Positions 28,046 through 35,949 of a stretch of 40,644 nucleotides of DNA are shown here, one piece after another. The stretch's first letter is position 1. Each line of letters opens with the position of its first letter. This DNA comes from a virus (Duplodnaviria > Caudoviricetes): the IMG/VR virus record IMGVR_UViG_3300016672_000186, positions 1 to 40,644 of that record, one strand, 5' to 3'. The translations under genes and the position numbers were made by a program. The notes under the pieces are model-generated. The model did no database searches, was not told where the DNA came from, and worked only from the letters and a program-made list of their open reading frames with translations.

Positions 28046-28429
28046 TTACGCCGCTTCTCGCAAGGTCTCCAAAACGCAATCAACCCAGGCCACACCTGCC
28101 TTGATCAGCTCCCGGGCCTTCATTTCACTCACCTTGTAGTGCCGACCCACGCGAATGGCTGGCCACTTGGCGCCGTAGTACAACCAGACCATATCGCCCA
28201 TCTGCTGGTCACGCTTGCACAGCCTGGCCAACGCCCCATCAACAGCACAGGCAAGCTCATCGGTGATCGTGTACGACTTCGTGCTGGAAGGCAGCGCGTC
28301 ACGCATCACGGCCAGCATTGGCGAGGCATAACTGGGAATCCCCATCCCGTCCATCCGCCACCAGCCCCATTGCTCAAGCATGTGTTCGGTATCACCCAAA
28401 GGCCGGTGCAGCGGTTTGCGAATCATCAT
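28046..28429 (-). CDS. Q: Late antiterminator Q
   Basis: MLEQWGWW...ITDE.A..VD.A.ARL...AGVAWVD; upstream of a terminator and the holin. Confidence 0.85.
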   Translation of the reverse strand: MMIRKPLHRPLGDTEHMLEQWGWWRMDGMGIPSYASPMLAVMRDALPSSTKSYTITDELACAVDGALARLCKRDQQMGDMVWLYYGAKWPAIRVGRHYKVSEMKARELIKAGVAWVDCVLETLREAA

Positions 28430-29727
28430 TTTTTATCCTCGCCTATGGTTGTTTTCTGAATAGCGCTGCAAGCCCCGCCGTTAGCGGCCTCCAGCGTATT
28501 ACCGGATTCTCCGAATCTAACGCCTGTCTGCCCGAGGATCAGCCTGAAACCCTTCTCGTCTAGATGGGCGTGCCACTGCTCCAGCGCGTCACGCTTGCGG
28601 TTCATCACGTCCGACTGGATGTACACCTTCACGTTGTGGCCCATCGCGTGGTTGATCAGCAGCTCACCAATCAAATGGTCGATGCCGAGGACTGCCCAGC
28701 CCGTGCGGGCCAACTTGCGCAGGTCGTGACTGGTCCACTCGCCCTTCCCCAGCCGGGTGAACACCGCACTGGCCTGCCCTTCGCTCAGCGCCTTGCCATT
28801 GCGCGCCGGGAACAGGTACTGGCCGTCATAGCCTCGGGCGGTTTGGGTTTCGCGGTACTGGATCAACAGAGCGCGTACCTGGTCAGTCAGTGGCAGGTGA
28901 TGCTCCACGCCGGTCTTGGTGTGTTCCGCTGGAATGAACCACTCGCGTTCAGCAAGGCTGATATGCGGCCAGCGGGCTTGCCGGGTCTCCCCGATCCGCG
29001 TGCCGTGGCACAGCATCATCAGGGCCAGCATGGCGTCAGCCGGAGCGTTCGCAATGGACTGCCCCAGTTCGCCCAGCAGGTCCTGCAACTGCACACCACG
29101 CAGGCGCGACGGTTTGATCCCGACCTTGGCTTTGGAGAAGTCACTGAACTTGATGCCCGCCATTGGATTGGACGTGATCAGACCCAGTTTCAACGCCTGC
29201 CGAAATGCCAGGGCCAGCAACTGAAACGCCAGGCGCACGTAATCGATTGAAAGGGTTTCCTGAAGGGGCCACATGAACAGGGTATCGAGCGCGGCCTTGT
29301 TGACCTCCACCAGCGGCAAGCCACCCAGACGCGGCAGCAGGTGGCACTTTATGGCCGAGGCGCCGGTGTTCTTTCGCTTGGCCGACAGGCTGCGATCACG
29401 GGCCATACGGTCGGCGTACCAGTTGAGCAGCTCGCCCGAGGTGGTCCATTGGGAAATAGTCGAGCCCGCATCAGCCGACACACGCAGGCGTACGGCCGGC
29501 AGCGCGGCCAGCACCTGCTTGGCGCTCAAGTCCGGGAAGGCGCCGATGCGGTGCCAGCGGCGTTTGTTGAGCAAGTACCAGGAGCCACGCGTACGGTTCT
29601 TGGAAAAGCGAAAGTGCAACGCCGGGTGGCCGGCATCTCGTAGATCGCGCACATGCTCAAGCTTGGAGTTGCGGCCAATCTCCGCGTCCGACAGCTTCAC
29701 GGTCAGGGTTTTGATTTTGGTGTTCAA
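28426..29727 (-). CDS. Second tyrosine recombinase (P4-like, with arm-binding N-terminus) in the nin position
   Basis: LSDAEI...IGAFPDLS arm domain; GTRIGE, TKTG, HDLRK, LINH and VYIQ catalytic motifs. Confidence 0.85.
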   Translation of the reverse strand: MNTKIKTLTVKLSDAEIGRNSKLEHVRDLRDAGHPALHFRFSKNRTRGSWYLLNKRRWHRIGAFPDLSAKQVLAALPAVRLRVSADAGSTISQWTTSGELLNWYADRMARDRSLSAKRKNTGASAIKCHLLPRLGGLPLVEVNKAALDTLFMWPLQETLSIDYVRLAFQLLALAFRQALKLGLITSNPMAGIKFSDFSKAKVGIKPSRLRGVQLQDLLGELGQSIANAPADAMLALMMLCHGTRIGETRQARWPHISLAEREWFIPAEHTKTGVEHHLPLTDQVRALLIQYRETQTARGYDGQYLFPARNGKALSEGQASAVFTRLGKGEWTSHDLRKLARTGWAVLGIDHLIGELLINHAMGHNVKVYIQSDVMNRKRDALEQWHAHLDEKGFRLILGQTGVRFGESGNTLEAANGGACSAIQKTTIGEDKK

Positions 29728-29933
29728 CGGTCACCTTCCTGTAGCGGCTGCCTGTCGACAACCTCATAAGTGGTTGGCCACATCAGACGGCCAAAGGAAT
29801 GCGCCACGCTTTCATGCTCAAACAAGGCCACAGGCCGCTCGGGACCGCGACTCAAATCGAATTTGTAGGCGCAGCAATGAACCGCCCAGCGATAGGCGCT
29901 CGGCTCAGCCGGGGCGAGGTTTGGATTGCGCAT
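29724..29933 (-). CDS. Small hypothetical protein
   Basis: Overlaps both the DnaB stop and the recombinase start. Confidence 0.65.
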   Translation of the reverse strand: MRNPNLAPAEPSAYRWAVHCCAYKFDLSRGPERPVALFEHESVAHSFGRLMWPTTYEVVDRQPLQEGDR

Positions 29934-31300
29934 TAGTTTTTGCCTCTGCTGTAGCGGTCACGCATGCTGGTGACCTTCTCGACTTTTGGCGTCTCAACCC
30001 AGCCCGCCGCCAGTTGTTCGAATCGGCTGTACTGACCGAGAAAGGCCGTGCGTACAGTGCCGGCTTCAATGTCTCGGCCCTTGCCGATGATGATTTCTGC
30101 GATGCCTTTGGCGTCGCTGTGTTCGTGATAAACCTCGTCGCGGTACACAAACAGGATGATGTCCGCGTCTTGCTCGATGGCGCCGGACTCGCGCAGGTCT
30201 GAGCACAGCGGGCGCTTGTTGGGGCGCTCTTCGCATTTGCGCGAAAGCTGGCTGAGCATGATCACCGGGATACCCAGCTCGCGAGCCATCAGCTTGGCGC
30301 AACGAGTCATGTAACTGACCTCCTGCTCCCGGCTGAACGTGCGCGAGTCGGATTCCAGGAGCTGCAGGTAGTCGATCACGATCAAATCCAGACCGTGACG
30401 GCGCTTGTGACGGCGGGCAGACGAGCGAATCCGATTGATCGTCATCGAGCCGCGATCAGAGATCGACAACTTGGAGTGCTTGAGCTTTCCAGCGGCGCTC
30501 ATCAGCTCGGCGCCGTGGCGCTGAGGCGCTGTACCGTTCTTGATCAGTTGCAGGGGGATACGCCCTTCGGACGCCATAAAGCGATCCATCAGGCCGGTTT
30601 TGTTCATTTCCAGGCTGAACACCATCACGCTTTTGCTCTCGCGGATGGCGGCATGGGAGGCGATGTTCATGGCCAGGGTGGTCTTTCCCATCGCGGGGCG
30701 CCCGGCGATGATGATCAATTGCTCGGCCTTGAGCCCTTGAAGCTTGGCGTCCAGATCAGGAATGCCGGTAGACAGGCCGTCGATGCCCTCCCCGCGATCA
30801 GCCCGGGCCTGCAAAACCTCGATGTAGTCATCCAGAATGTCTTCGGCCATCACCACTTCGGACGTGGCCGACTGGCTATCGATGGCCTGGGCCTCAGCCT
30901 GCACCGCCGCGACCTTGTCCACGGTCGGCTGGTCGCTGTGGGCAATCTCGTTGATGCGATCGCTGAGCGCGATCATGGCCCGGTCGAGGCTGCGCTCACG
31001 CACGGTGATGGCGTATGACGCAGCATTGGCGGCGCTGGGCGTGTTGCGAGTGATTTCAGCGGCGTACCAGGTGGCATTCTTGCTGCTGGGCAGCTCCCCC
31101 AGATACACGCCCACCGTGACGGCATCGGCCGGCTTGCCTTCGGCGTGCAACGCCAGAATGCCGCGATACAGGGCTGCGTTGTCCTGGTAGTAAAAATCAT
31201 CGACAGCCAGGTCTGCACTCAGGATGTCGATCAGCTCAGGGCGCAGGAACATCGCACCCAGCACGCCGTGTTCGGCCTCAACGCTGTAGGGATCACGCAT
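29933..31300 (-). CDS. dnaB: Replicative DNA helicase, DnaB family
   Basis: EAEHGVLG, AGRPAMGKT, FSLEM, IDYLQL, LSQLSR, SDLRESGAIEQDAD. Confidence 0.95.
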   Translation of the reverse strand: MRDPYSVEAEHGVLGAMFLRPELIDILSADLAVDDFYYQDNAALYRGILALHAEGKPADAVTVGVYLGELPSSKNATWYAAEITRNTPSAANAASYAITVRERSLDRAMIALSDRINEIAHSDQPTVDKVAAVQAEAQAIDSQSATSEVVMAEDILDDYIEVLQARADRGEGIDGLSTGIPDLDAKLQGLKAEQLIIIAGRPAMGKTTLAMNIASHAAIRESKSVMVFSLEMNKTGLMDRFMASEGRIPLQLIKNGTAPQRHGAELMSAAGKLKHSKLSISDRGSMTINRIRSSARRHKRRHGLDLIVIDYLQLLESDSRTFSREQEVSYMTRCAKLMARELGIPVIMLSQLSRKCEERPNKRPLCSDLRESGAIEQDADIILFVYRDEVYHEHSDAKGIAEIIIGKGRDIEAGTVRTAFLGQYSRFEQLAAGWVETPKVEKVTSMRDRYSRGKN

Positions 31301-32003
31301 TGTAATTGCCCTCCACAACCTTGACGAAGTTGCTCGGGGCGATCAGCCAGTCGAAGGTGGCGCGGAATGGCTTGCCGCCGTTGCGGCCTCCACCCTGCCC
31401 CATCAGGAATTCACTTTCTCCAACCAGGGCGAAGAAGTCAGCCCAAAAACCCAGATCCTGGTGCACGTCACTTTCGTTCCAACGCGCATTGATCTTGGCT
31501 TTTCGATCCTTGGTGAGCATTGCCACTTGCGGCAGCCCTGGAAGGGTGTTGTTGAACAGGTCAACGATGGCCTGTGGGTCGCACTTCGGCTTCGAGACCT
31601 TCGGCGGATTCGAACCATCCACAACAGGTGACGGTTCAATTGATGGTTCCTTTACGGTTCTGGGGGCAGATGCTGCCGGGGTAACCGGCACCTCCTGCCG
31701 GGGTGATGGGGCATCTGCTGCCGGGGGGCATTTAGTGCCGGGGGCATATCCTGCCGGGGTTATCGTGTACCAGGTTGACCGGCCATAACGATGATTGCTG
31801 ACCAAAACACCGGCCTCTTCCAGCCAGCGCAATGCGCCACGAACAGCGCGTTCTGACAAGCAAGTGCGAATACCGATGGTGTTGATCGAAGGCCAGCAAA
31901 CGCCCTCATCGCTTGCATTGTCGGCAAGACTGATCAGCACAGCTTTCTGGGTGGGGCTCATGCCTTGCAGCGGCCAGCAGGCGCTCATGATGATCGTGCT
32001 CAT
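31293..32003 (-). CDS. Replication initiator (HTH N-terminus, O-like)
   Basis: QKAVLISLADNA..EG.CWPS, internal iterons, ATFDWLI..NF.KV.EGNY; upstream of dnaB. Confidence 0.88.
   Translation of the reverse strand: MSTIIMSACWPLQGMSPTQKAVLISLADNASDEGVCWPSINTIGIRTCLSERAVRGALRWLEEAGVLVSNHRYGRSTWYTITPAGYAPGTKCPPAADAPSPRQEVPVTPAASAPRTVKEPSIEPSPVVDGSNPPKVSKPKCDPQAIVDLFNNTLPGLPQVAMLTKDRKAKINARWNESDVHQDLGFWADFFALVGESEFLMGQGGGRNGGKPFRATFDWLIAPSNFVKVVEGNYNA
31629..31759. repeat. Replication origin: five GGCA-N5-TGCC(GGG) iterons plus three GAACC repeats
   Basis: Copies start at 31665, 31687, 31710, 31727 and 31743; adjacent GGTTC x3 at 31633-31660. Confidence 0.85.
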
Positions 32004-32194
32004 GCAGAAGTCTCCTGCCCAGGCACAAGCGATGCTTTCAGGTGTTCAAGGCACTCCCGGCGGTACTGGATTTTCGACTCGCGGTAGTACTGGCAACGAA
32101 CCAGTAGTGAGGCGCGCATGGCTGCGGACTGGTGATTGCTAAGGGGTTGCAGATTGCTTTCAGAGATGTTGCTTGCTGACAGAATGGTGGACAT
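32000..32194 (-). CDS. Small hypothetical protein
   Basis: ATGA overlap with the initiator start. Confidence 0.55.
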   Translation of the reverse strand: MSTILSASNISESNLQPLSNHQSAAMRASLLVRCQYYRESKIQYRRECLEHLKASLVPGQETSA

Positions 32195-32220
32195 AATGGC
32201 CCCCGAAATATGTTGTGAAG

Positions 32221-32248
32221 AAGCCGGTCTAGCCACCGGCTTTTTTTT
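32221..32248. terminator. Terminator-like hairpin
   Basis: AAGCCGGT-CTAGCC-ACCGGCTT followed by a long T-tract on the plus strand. Confidence 0.65.
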
Positions 32249-32332
32249 GCCTGCAATTCAGGCGTTGTGGGTGTCCGACGCATCCGTGGTAACTTTTTGG
32301 TTCCACAAGAAAAGGCCTCGGAGGCCGGACAT

Positions 32333-32743
32333 ATGAAACTCCACCGGATGAACTACCGTGCTCAGTGGTACGAGCTGATTGATCGATATGAGACCAGCCT
32401 GAGAAATGAACAGAGCCTTCGCTGGGTTGGCTTCAACAGATACCAAGCCGAGCACCAGGCCCTCGGCGTCTACAAGCTCATATGCTTTGCAGAAAGAATC
32501 GCCAAAGACCCGAAAGCTCCGTGGGGCCATCTCACAACCGATCAGGCTCTGAACCTCTACTTGATTAACAAGCATCACTGGCCTCGGAGTGAAGTTGCTG
32601 ATCTTCAGGAGGATGACTACCTATTCCTGCTTCGCGATGAGTTGGCGCAGATGAAGCTTGATACTCAAGAGGCTGAGCCAGTCCGCTCAACTTTTGAGGG
32701 GGATCGGAGTGCTCTACAAGAGCTGTCAGTGCACTGGAGCTAA
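32333..32743 (+). CDS. Phage-associated hypothetical protein (ECs1072-like), antisense to the pR operon
   Basis: GGAGG RBS; extended -10 TGgTAACTT at 32287-32295; ALNLYLINKHHW...V..L...DYLFLL..EL motif. Confidence 0.65.
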   Translation: MKLHRMNYRAQWYELIDRYETSLRNEQSLRWVGFNRYQAEHQALGVYKLICFAERIAKDPKAPWGHLTTDQALNLYLINKHHWPRSEVADLQEDDYLFLLRDELAQMKLDTQEAEPVRSTFEGDRSALQELSVHWS

Positions 32744-33014
32744 CACCTGCCATGCGCTCGGAAAAACGCTGAGCACGTACTCGGTACGCCTCCCCTTGCT
32801 CCGCAAGCCAATCCGCAGCCTCATTCAGGCTCATACCTGTCGGCCACACCAGGATCGGCAGGTGCCTTCCATCGAGAACAGCTATTCCCGATAGCAGTTG
32901 GGCAGCAGCTTCTGCCGGAGAACCGCTAACGCGAGCACCTATCGAGGTGAGAGCAATTTCCCGCTCTTTTTCGGTCAAGGCTTGTCGTGTGCTATAAAAA
33001 TTCGCTTCTTTCAT
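32565..33014 (-). CDS. Hypothetical protein at the cII position
   Basis: Strong AGGAGAAGG RBS; directly downstream of cro; the C-terminal 179 bp overlap the antisense gene. Confidence 0.55.
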   Translation of the reverse strand: MKEANFYSTRQALTEKEREIALTSIGARVSGSPAEAAAQLLSGIAVLDGRHLPILVWPTGMSLNEAADWLAEQGEAYRVRAQRFSERMAGVSSSALTALVEHSDPPQKLSGLAQPLEYQASSAPTHREAGIGSHPPEDQQLHSEASDAC

Positions 33015-33103
33015 TTCCTTCTCCTGCTGGATGGATTAACAGCCAATCCGAGGTTCTGCCGCTCGACAAAAAACGAGCGGATACTGCTCATCGCTGCAAG
33101 TGC

Positions 33104-33307
33104 TTAAGCGACTTGCAGTTTTGTGGATTGGGATGGAAATGGACGCAGCTCGCTGGCTTGAAAAACCCCGGCAGAGAGCTCAAGTACACGGATATGACGC
33201 CTGGCAGCTATGGCTTTGTAGATGGCCGGAGGGGTCACGCCCAGAAGCCGTGCGGCTTCGGACTGCCCTTTCTCGGCCACGAATTCATCGAGGGAAGTCT
33301 CTTTCAT
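33104..33307 (-). CDS. cro: Cro-like repressor
   Basis: GQSEAARLLGVTPPAIYKAI HTH and RPFPS end, as in lambda Cro; divergent from cI. Confidence 0.9.
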   Translation of the reverse strand: MKETSLDEFVAEKGQSEAARLLGVTPPAIYKAIAARRHIRVLELSAGVFQASELRPFPSQSTKLQVA

Positions 33308-33335
33308 GGTCGTGCCTCTGATAGCAATCGGCACG

Positions 33336-33364
33336 ATATTAACCATCTGTTAACTAACTATCAA
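33336..33364 (-). promoter_or_regulatory. pR promoter
   Basis: TTGATA-17 bp-TAATAT upstream of cro, overlapped by operators. Confidence 0.8.
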
Positions 33365-33401
33365 TACCGATGGTTTCTTCTTTGTTTTAACCATTGGTAA
33401 T
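33339..33401. promoter_or_regulatory. OR: three 15-bp operators at 24-bp period
   Basis: TTAACCATCTGTTAA (33339), AATACCGATGGTTTC (33363, reverse), TTAACCATTGGTAAT (33387). Confidence 0.85.
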
Positions 33402-33412
33402 AGATTCTCGTC

Positions 33413-34192
33413 ATGACTAAAAAACGCATCCTCCCTCCAGATCGCCTTGCCGAGTGCAAGGCAGCGCACGATCTGTTTCTTGCTAAAAAAAATGAGCTAA
33501 AACTGAGCCAGCGAAAAATTGCGGATGCTGCGGGGGTTACACCGGCTGCGGTGAACCTGTACTTCAAAGGGATCAACCCTCTGAACGCGCAATTTGCAGC
33601 CGTCCTTTCAGAACAGCTTCAAGAGCCAGTAGAGAAATTCAGCCCTCGCCTGGCGGCAGAGATAGAAAAACTCACGAGAGCAGCGTCAGATAAGTCGACC
33701 CCAGCATCCAACGCCGTGCTAATCGGCCCACTAGACGCTTGGGACGATGAGACACCGCTCGATGATGACGAGGTATATGTGCCGCTCCTAAAGGAAGTGG
33801 AGTTGTCTGCAGGCCAAGGCCGTACCTGCGTCCAGGTATCCCCAAGACAAAAAATACGCTTCGGGAAACTCACCCTCAGACGCCAAGGCGTTCAGCCGTC
33901 AGAAGCAGTTTGCGTAACCGTTCACGGCAACAGCATGGAACCGGTACTGCCTGATGGCAGCACTGTCGGGGTGGATAGAGGCACAACAGTTGTGAGCGAC
34001 GGGAAGATGTACGCCCTCGATCATGGTGGCCAGTTACGAGTCAAAACACTCTATCGGCTACCGGGCGGCGGCGTGCGCATGCGCAGCTTTAACAGAGAGG
34101 AACACCCGGACGAAGAGTACTCAGCCAGCGAGATGGCAGAGCACGAAATCGAGGTTCTGGGCCGCGTGTTCTGGTCATCCGTTCTCTGGTAG
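33413..34192 (+). CDS. cI: CI repressor (HTH + S24 peptidase)
   Basis: LSQRKIADAAGVTPAAV HTH, SAG cleavage site, GNSMEP serine and VKTL lysine. Confidence 0.93.
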   Translation: MTKKRILPPDRLAECKAAHDLFLAKKNELKLSQRKIADAAGVTPAAVNLYFKGINPLNAQFAAVLSEQLQEPVEKFSPRLAAEIEKLTRAASDKSTPASNAVLIGPLDAWDDETPLDDDEVYVPLLKEVELSAGQGRTCVQVSPRQKIRFGKLTLRRQGVQPSEAVCVTVHGNSMEPVLPDGSTVGVDRGTTVVSDGKMYALDHGGQLRVKTLYRLPGGGVRMRSFNREEHPDEEYSASEMAEHEIEVLGRVFWSSVLW

Positions 34193-34212
34193 CAAATAAA
34201 CAGCGTTAAACA

Positions 34213-34239
34213 AATCCCGCCCTTGAGCGGGATTTTTTT
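34213..34239 (+). terminator. Terminator after cI
   Basis: AATCCCGC-CCTTGA-GCGGGATT plus T-tract. Confidence 0.8.
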
Positions 34240-34256
34240 CGCCCGGAGAAAAATAG

Positions 34257-34297
34257 TTAACTATCGGTATTGACCAAGTTAATATACCGATGGTTAA
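34257..34297. promoter_or_regulatory. OL: two operators and putative pL -35 (TTGACC at 34270)
   Basis: TTAACTATCGGTATT (34257) and TATACCGATGGTTAA (34283) match the OR consensus. Confidence 0.8.
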
Positions 34298-34411
34298 CTA
34301 AGTCCATCGCCGGCTCACATCGGCAACAAGCCGGAGACTCACCGGCTACCACGGCCAGGGGGAAACCTGACCCCAGCCCCCTCACGGGGACCGACTGGCT
34401 CAGCAATGAGA

Positions 34412-34419
34412 GCTCTTTA
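34412..34419 (+). promoter_or_regulatory. boxA-like antitermination element in the pL leader
   Basis: GCTCTTTA, the boxA core, between pL and the first gene. Confidence 0.55.
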
Positions 34420-34486
34420 GAAACGGACACTTTCACTGCTGCACCTGGCTTGCCGGGTGCATCGGGAAAACAACCGGGAAAACATC

Positions 34487-34870
34487 ATGGAATCGACGAT
34501 CGTAGACGGAGCATGGAAAGGCCACCTCGGCCGAGGCCTTGCGCCACGGGAGCTGCAATTCGTGCTTTCAGTTGCTCAGGGACTGACCGCCAAAGAGATC
34601 GCCAGAGAGTTCGGCATTGCGCCGGGTACCGTGGTCAAGCGATTGGCCTGCGCCATGTTCAAGCTCGGCGTTCATCGCCAGGGCGCGATGGTTGCCGAAG
34701 CAATGCGGCGGCAGATCATCACCCCGCTCTGCCTGTTACTGGCCGGACTGATTGCCCTCCACACGTCCACCGGAAGCGAAATGGTCCCCCGCGACCGTCG
34801 CCCCACAGAACGGCGCTTCGCCGAAATGCGCCTGGTGCGCCGCGCCGAAGTGCCAGAGCTGACCGGTTAA
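34487..34870 (+). CDS. LuxR-type HTH protein, first gene of the pL operon
   Basis: LAPRELQFV...QGLTAKEIAREFGIAPGTVVKRL...KLGV. Confidence 0.85.
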   Translation: MESTIVDGAWKGHLGRGLAPRELQFVLSVAQGLTAKEIAREFGIAPGTVVKRLACAMFKLGVHRQGAMVAEAMRRQIITPLCLLLAGLIALHTSTGSEMVPRDRRPTERRFAEMRLVRRAEVPELTG

Positions 34871-34924
34871 CTCCCTTATAGCGCCAGCCCGGCGCACAGG
34901 AACAACAAACCAAGGAGCATCACC

Positions 34925-35110
34925 ATGTTGATACTTACCCGACGAGTAGGCGAAACCATCCGCATAAACGACGACATCAGCATTCAGGTGCTGGGCATTT
35001 GCGGGCAGCAAGTAAGACTCGGCATCACCGCCCCAGCCGATGTGGCGGTTCACCGCGAAGAAGTCTACGAACGAATCCAAGCACAACGCGAGATAGATAG
35101 CGCGGCTTAA
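34925..35110 (+). CDS. csrA: CsrA/RsmA-family RNA-binding protein
   Basis: [17 protein letters not shown]...[18 protein letters not shown]; AAGGAG RBS. Confidence 0.93.
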   Translation: MLILTRRVGETIRINDDISIQVLGICGQQVRLGITAPADVAVHREEVYERIQAQREIDSAA

Positions 35111-35510
35111 CTCGCAACGAATCAACCAGCGCCACGACAGCCTGTCGCTAACTGCCCGAACCCCTGGTACTCCCCAGCACCAGGACGCATCGGTCTGATC
35201 TTAGGCTTTTACCGACCTGAGTACAGACCGATGCGGACGCCAACCCAGCAGACGCTGGACACCTGCATCACACCCCTACTCCTTGACGAACAAACCGGAG
35301 GATTCTGCCATGCATACATAAACCGTGACGGGCACGCCCGCACAGCCAGGCTCTTACATACGGTGGCGTTTTAAGAGAGCAACACAGCCCGGTTTCGACT
35401 GGGCTTTTTAATATCTGTGTTTATTCATCAGAACTTCATTGCGCGCCCATAGGCAAACAGCGCAGTGCCTGAGTGCTGACGAATAACCGTAACCCTGTCG
35501 AGGATCGACC

Positions 35511-35858
35511 ATGCATACATCTTTCGCCAAGCGCTGCGCAATTCTTGAAGGGTTGCGCGAACGCACACGCCAGGCCACTGCCGAGTTTTACCAAAAGCCC
35601 GGCGTAATGCCGCCGCCACTGGCTCCCCGCATCATCGTCAGGGCGAGTGGCGACAACAACTTTTTATTGATCGAGCGCGCCACCGGAAAAATAGTCGCAG
35701 AGCGCATCGGTCACAACAACGCCACCGGCCACGCTCGAGAGCTGGAAGCCAAAGCGGCGCAGTTCAGCATCAAGCAGTTCGGGAAAGCCTTGCTCAATTG
35801 GGCATTACGCATCGGCGCATTACTTGCCGTGTTTGTGTTCTTCGGCAGTCACCAGTGA
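35511..35858 (+). CDS. Hypothetical protein with a C-terminal hydrophobic helix
   Basis: GAGGA RBS; ends WALRIGALLAVFVFFGSHQ. Confidence 0.65.
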   Translation: MHTSFAKRCAILEGLRERTRQATAEFYQKPGVMPPPLAPRIIVRASGDNNFLLIERATGKIVAERIGHNNATGHARELEAKAAQFSIKQFGKALLNWALRIGALLAVFVFFGSHQ

Positions 35859-35949
35859 GGCGCATAAACACTTCAGTGCTGCGCCGCCTTCGCCAACCCC
35901 AACACCACCTGCCGCCCAGCGGACTCCAAGCCAGACCGGAGCAACAACA

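Noticed and set aside
31665-31759. CRISPR-like or VNTR interpretation of the repeats
   Set aside because: Short palindromes without unique spacers, inside a replication initiator; they are iterons
32258-32578. 106-aa minus ORF as a separate gene
   Set aside because: Largely antisense to a gene with better RBS and motif support; not listed as a feature, but not excluded
35111-35510. RsmY/RsmZ-like GGA sponge RNA next to csrA
   Set aside because: Only about six GGA trinucleotides in 400 nt, near chance, and not clearly in hairpin loops
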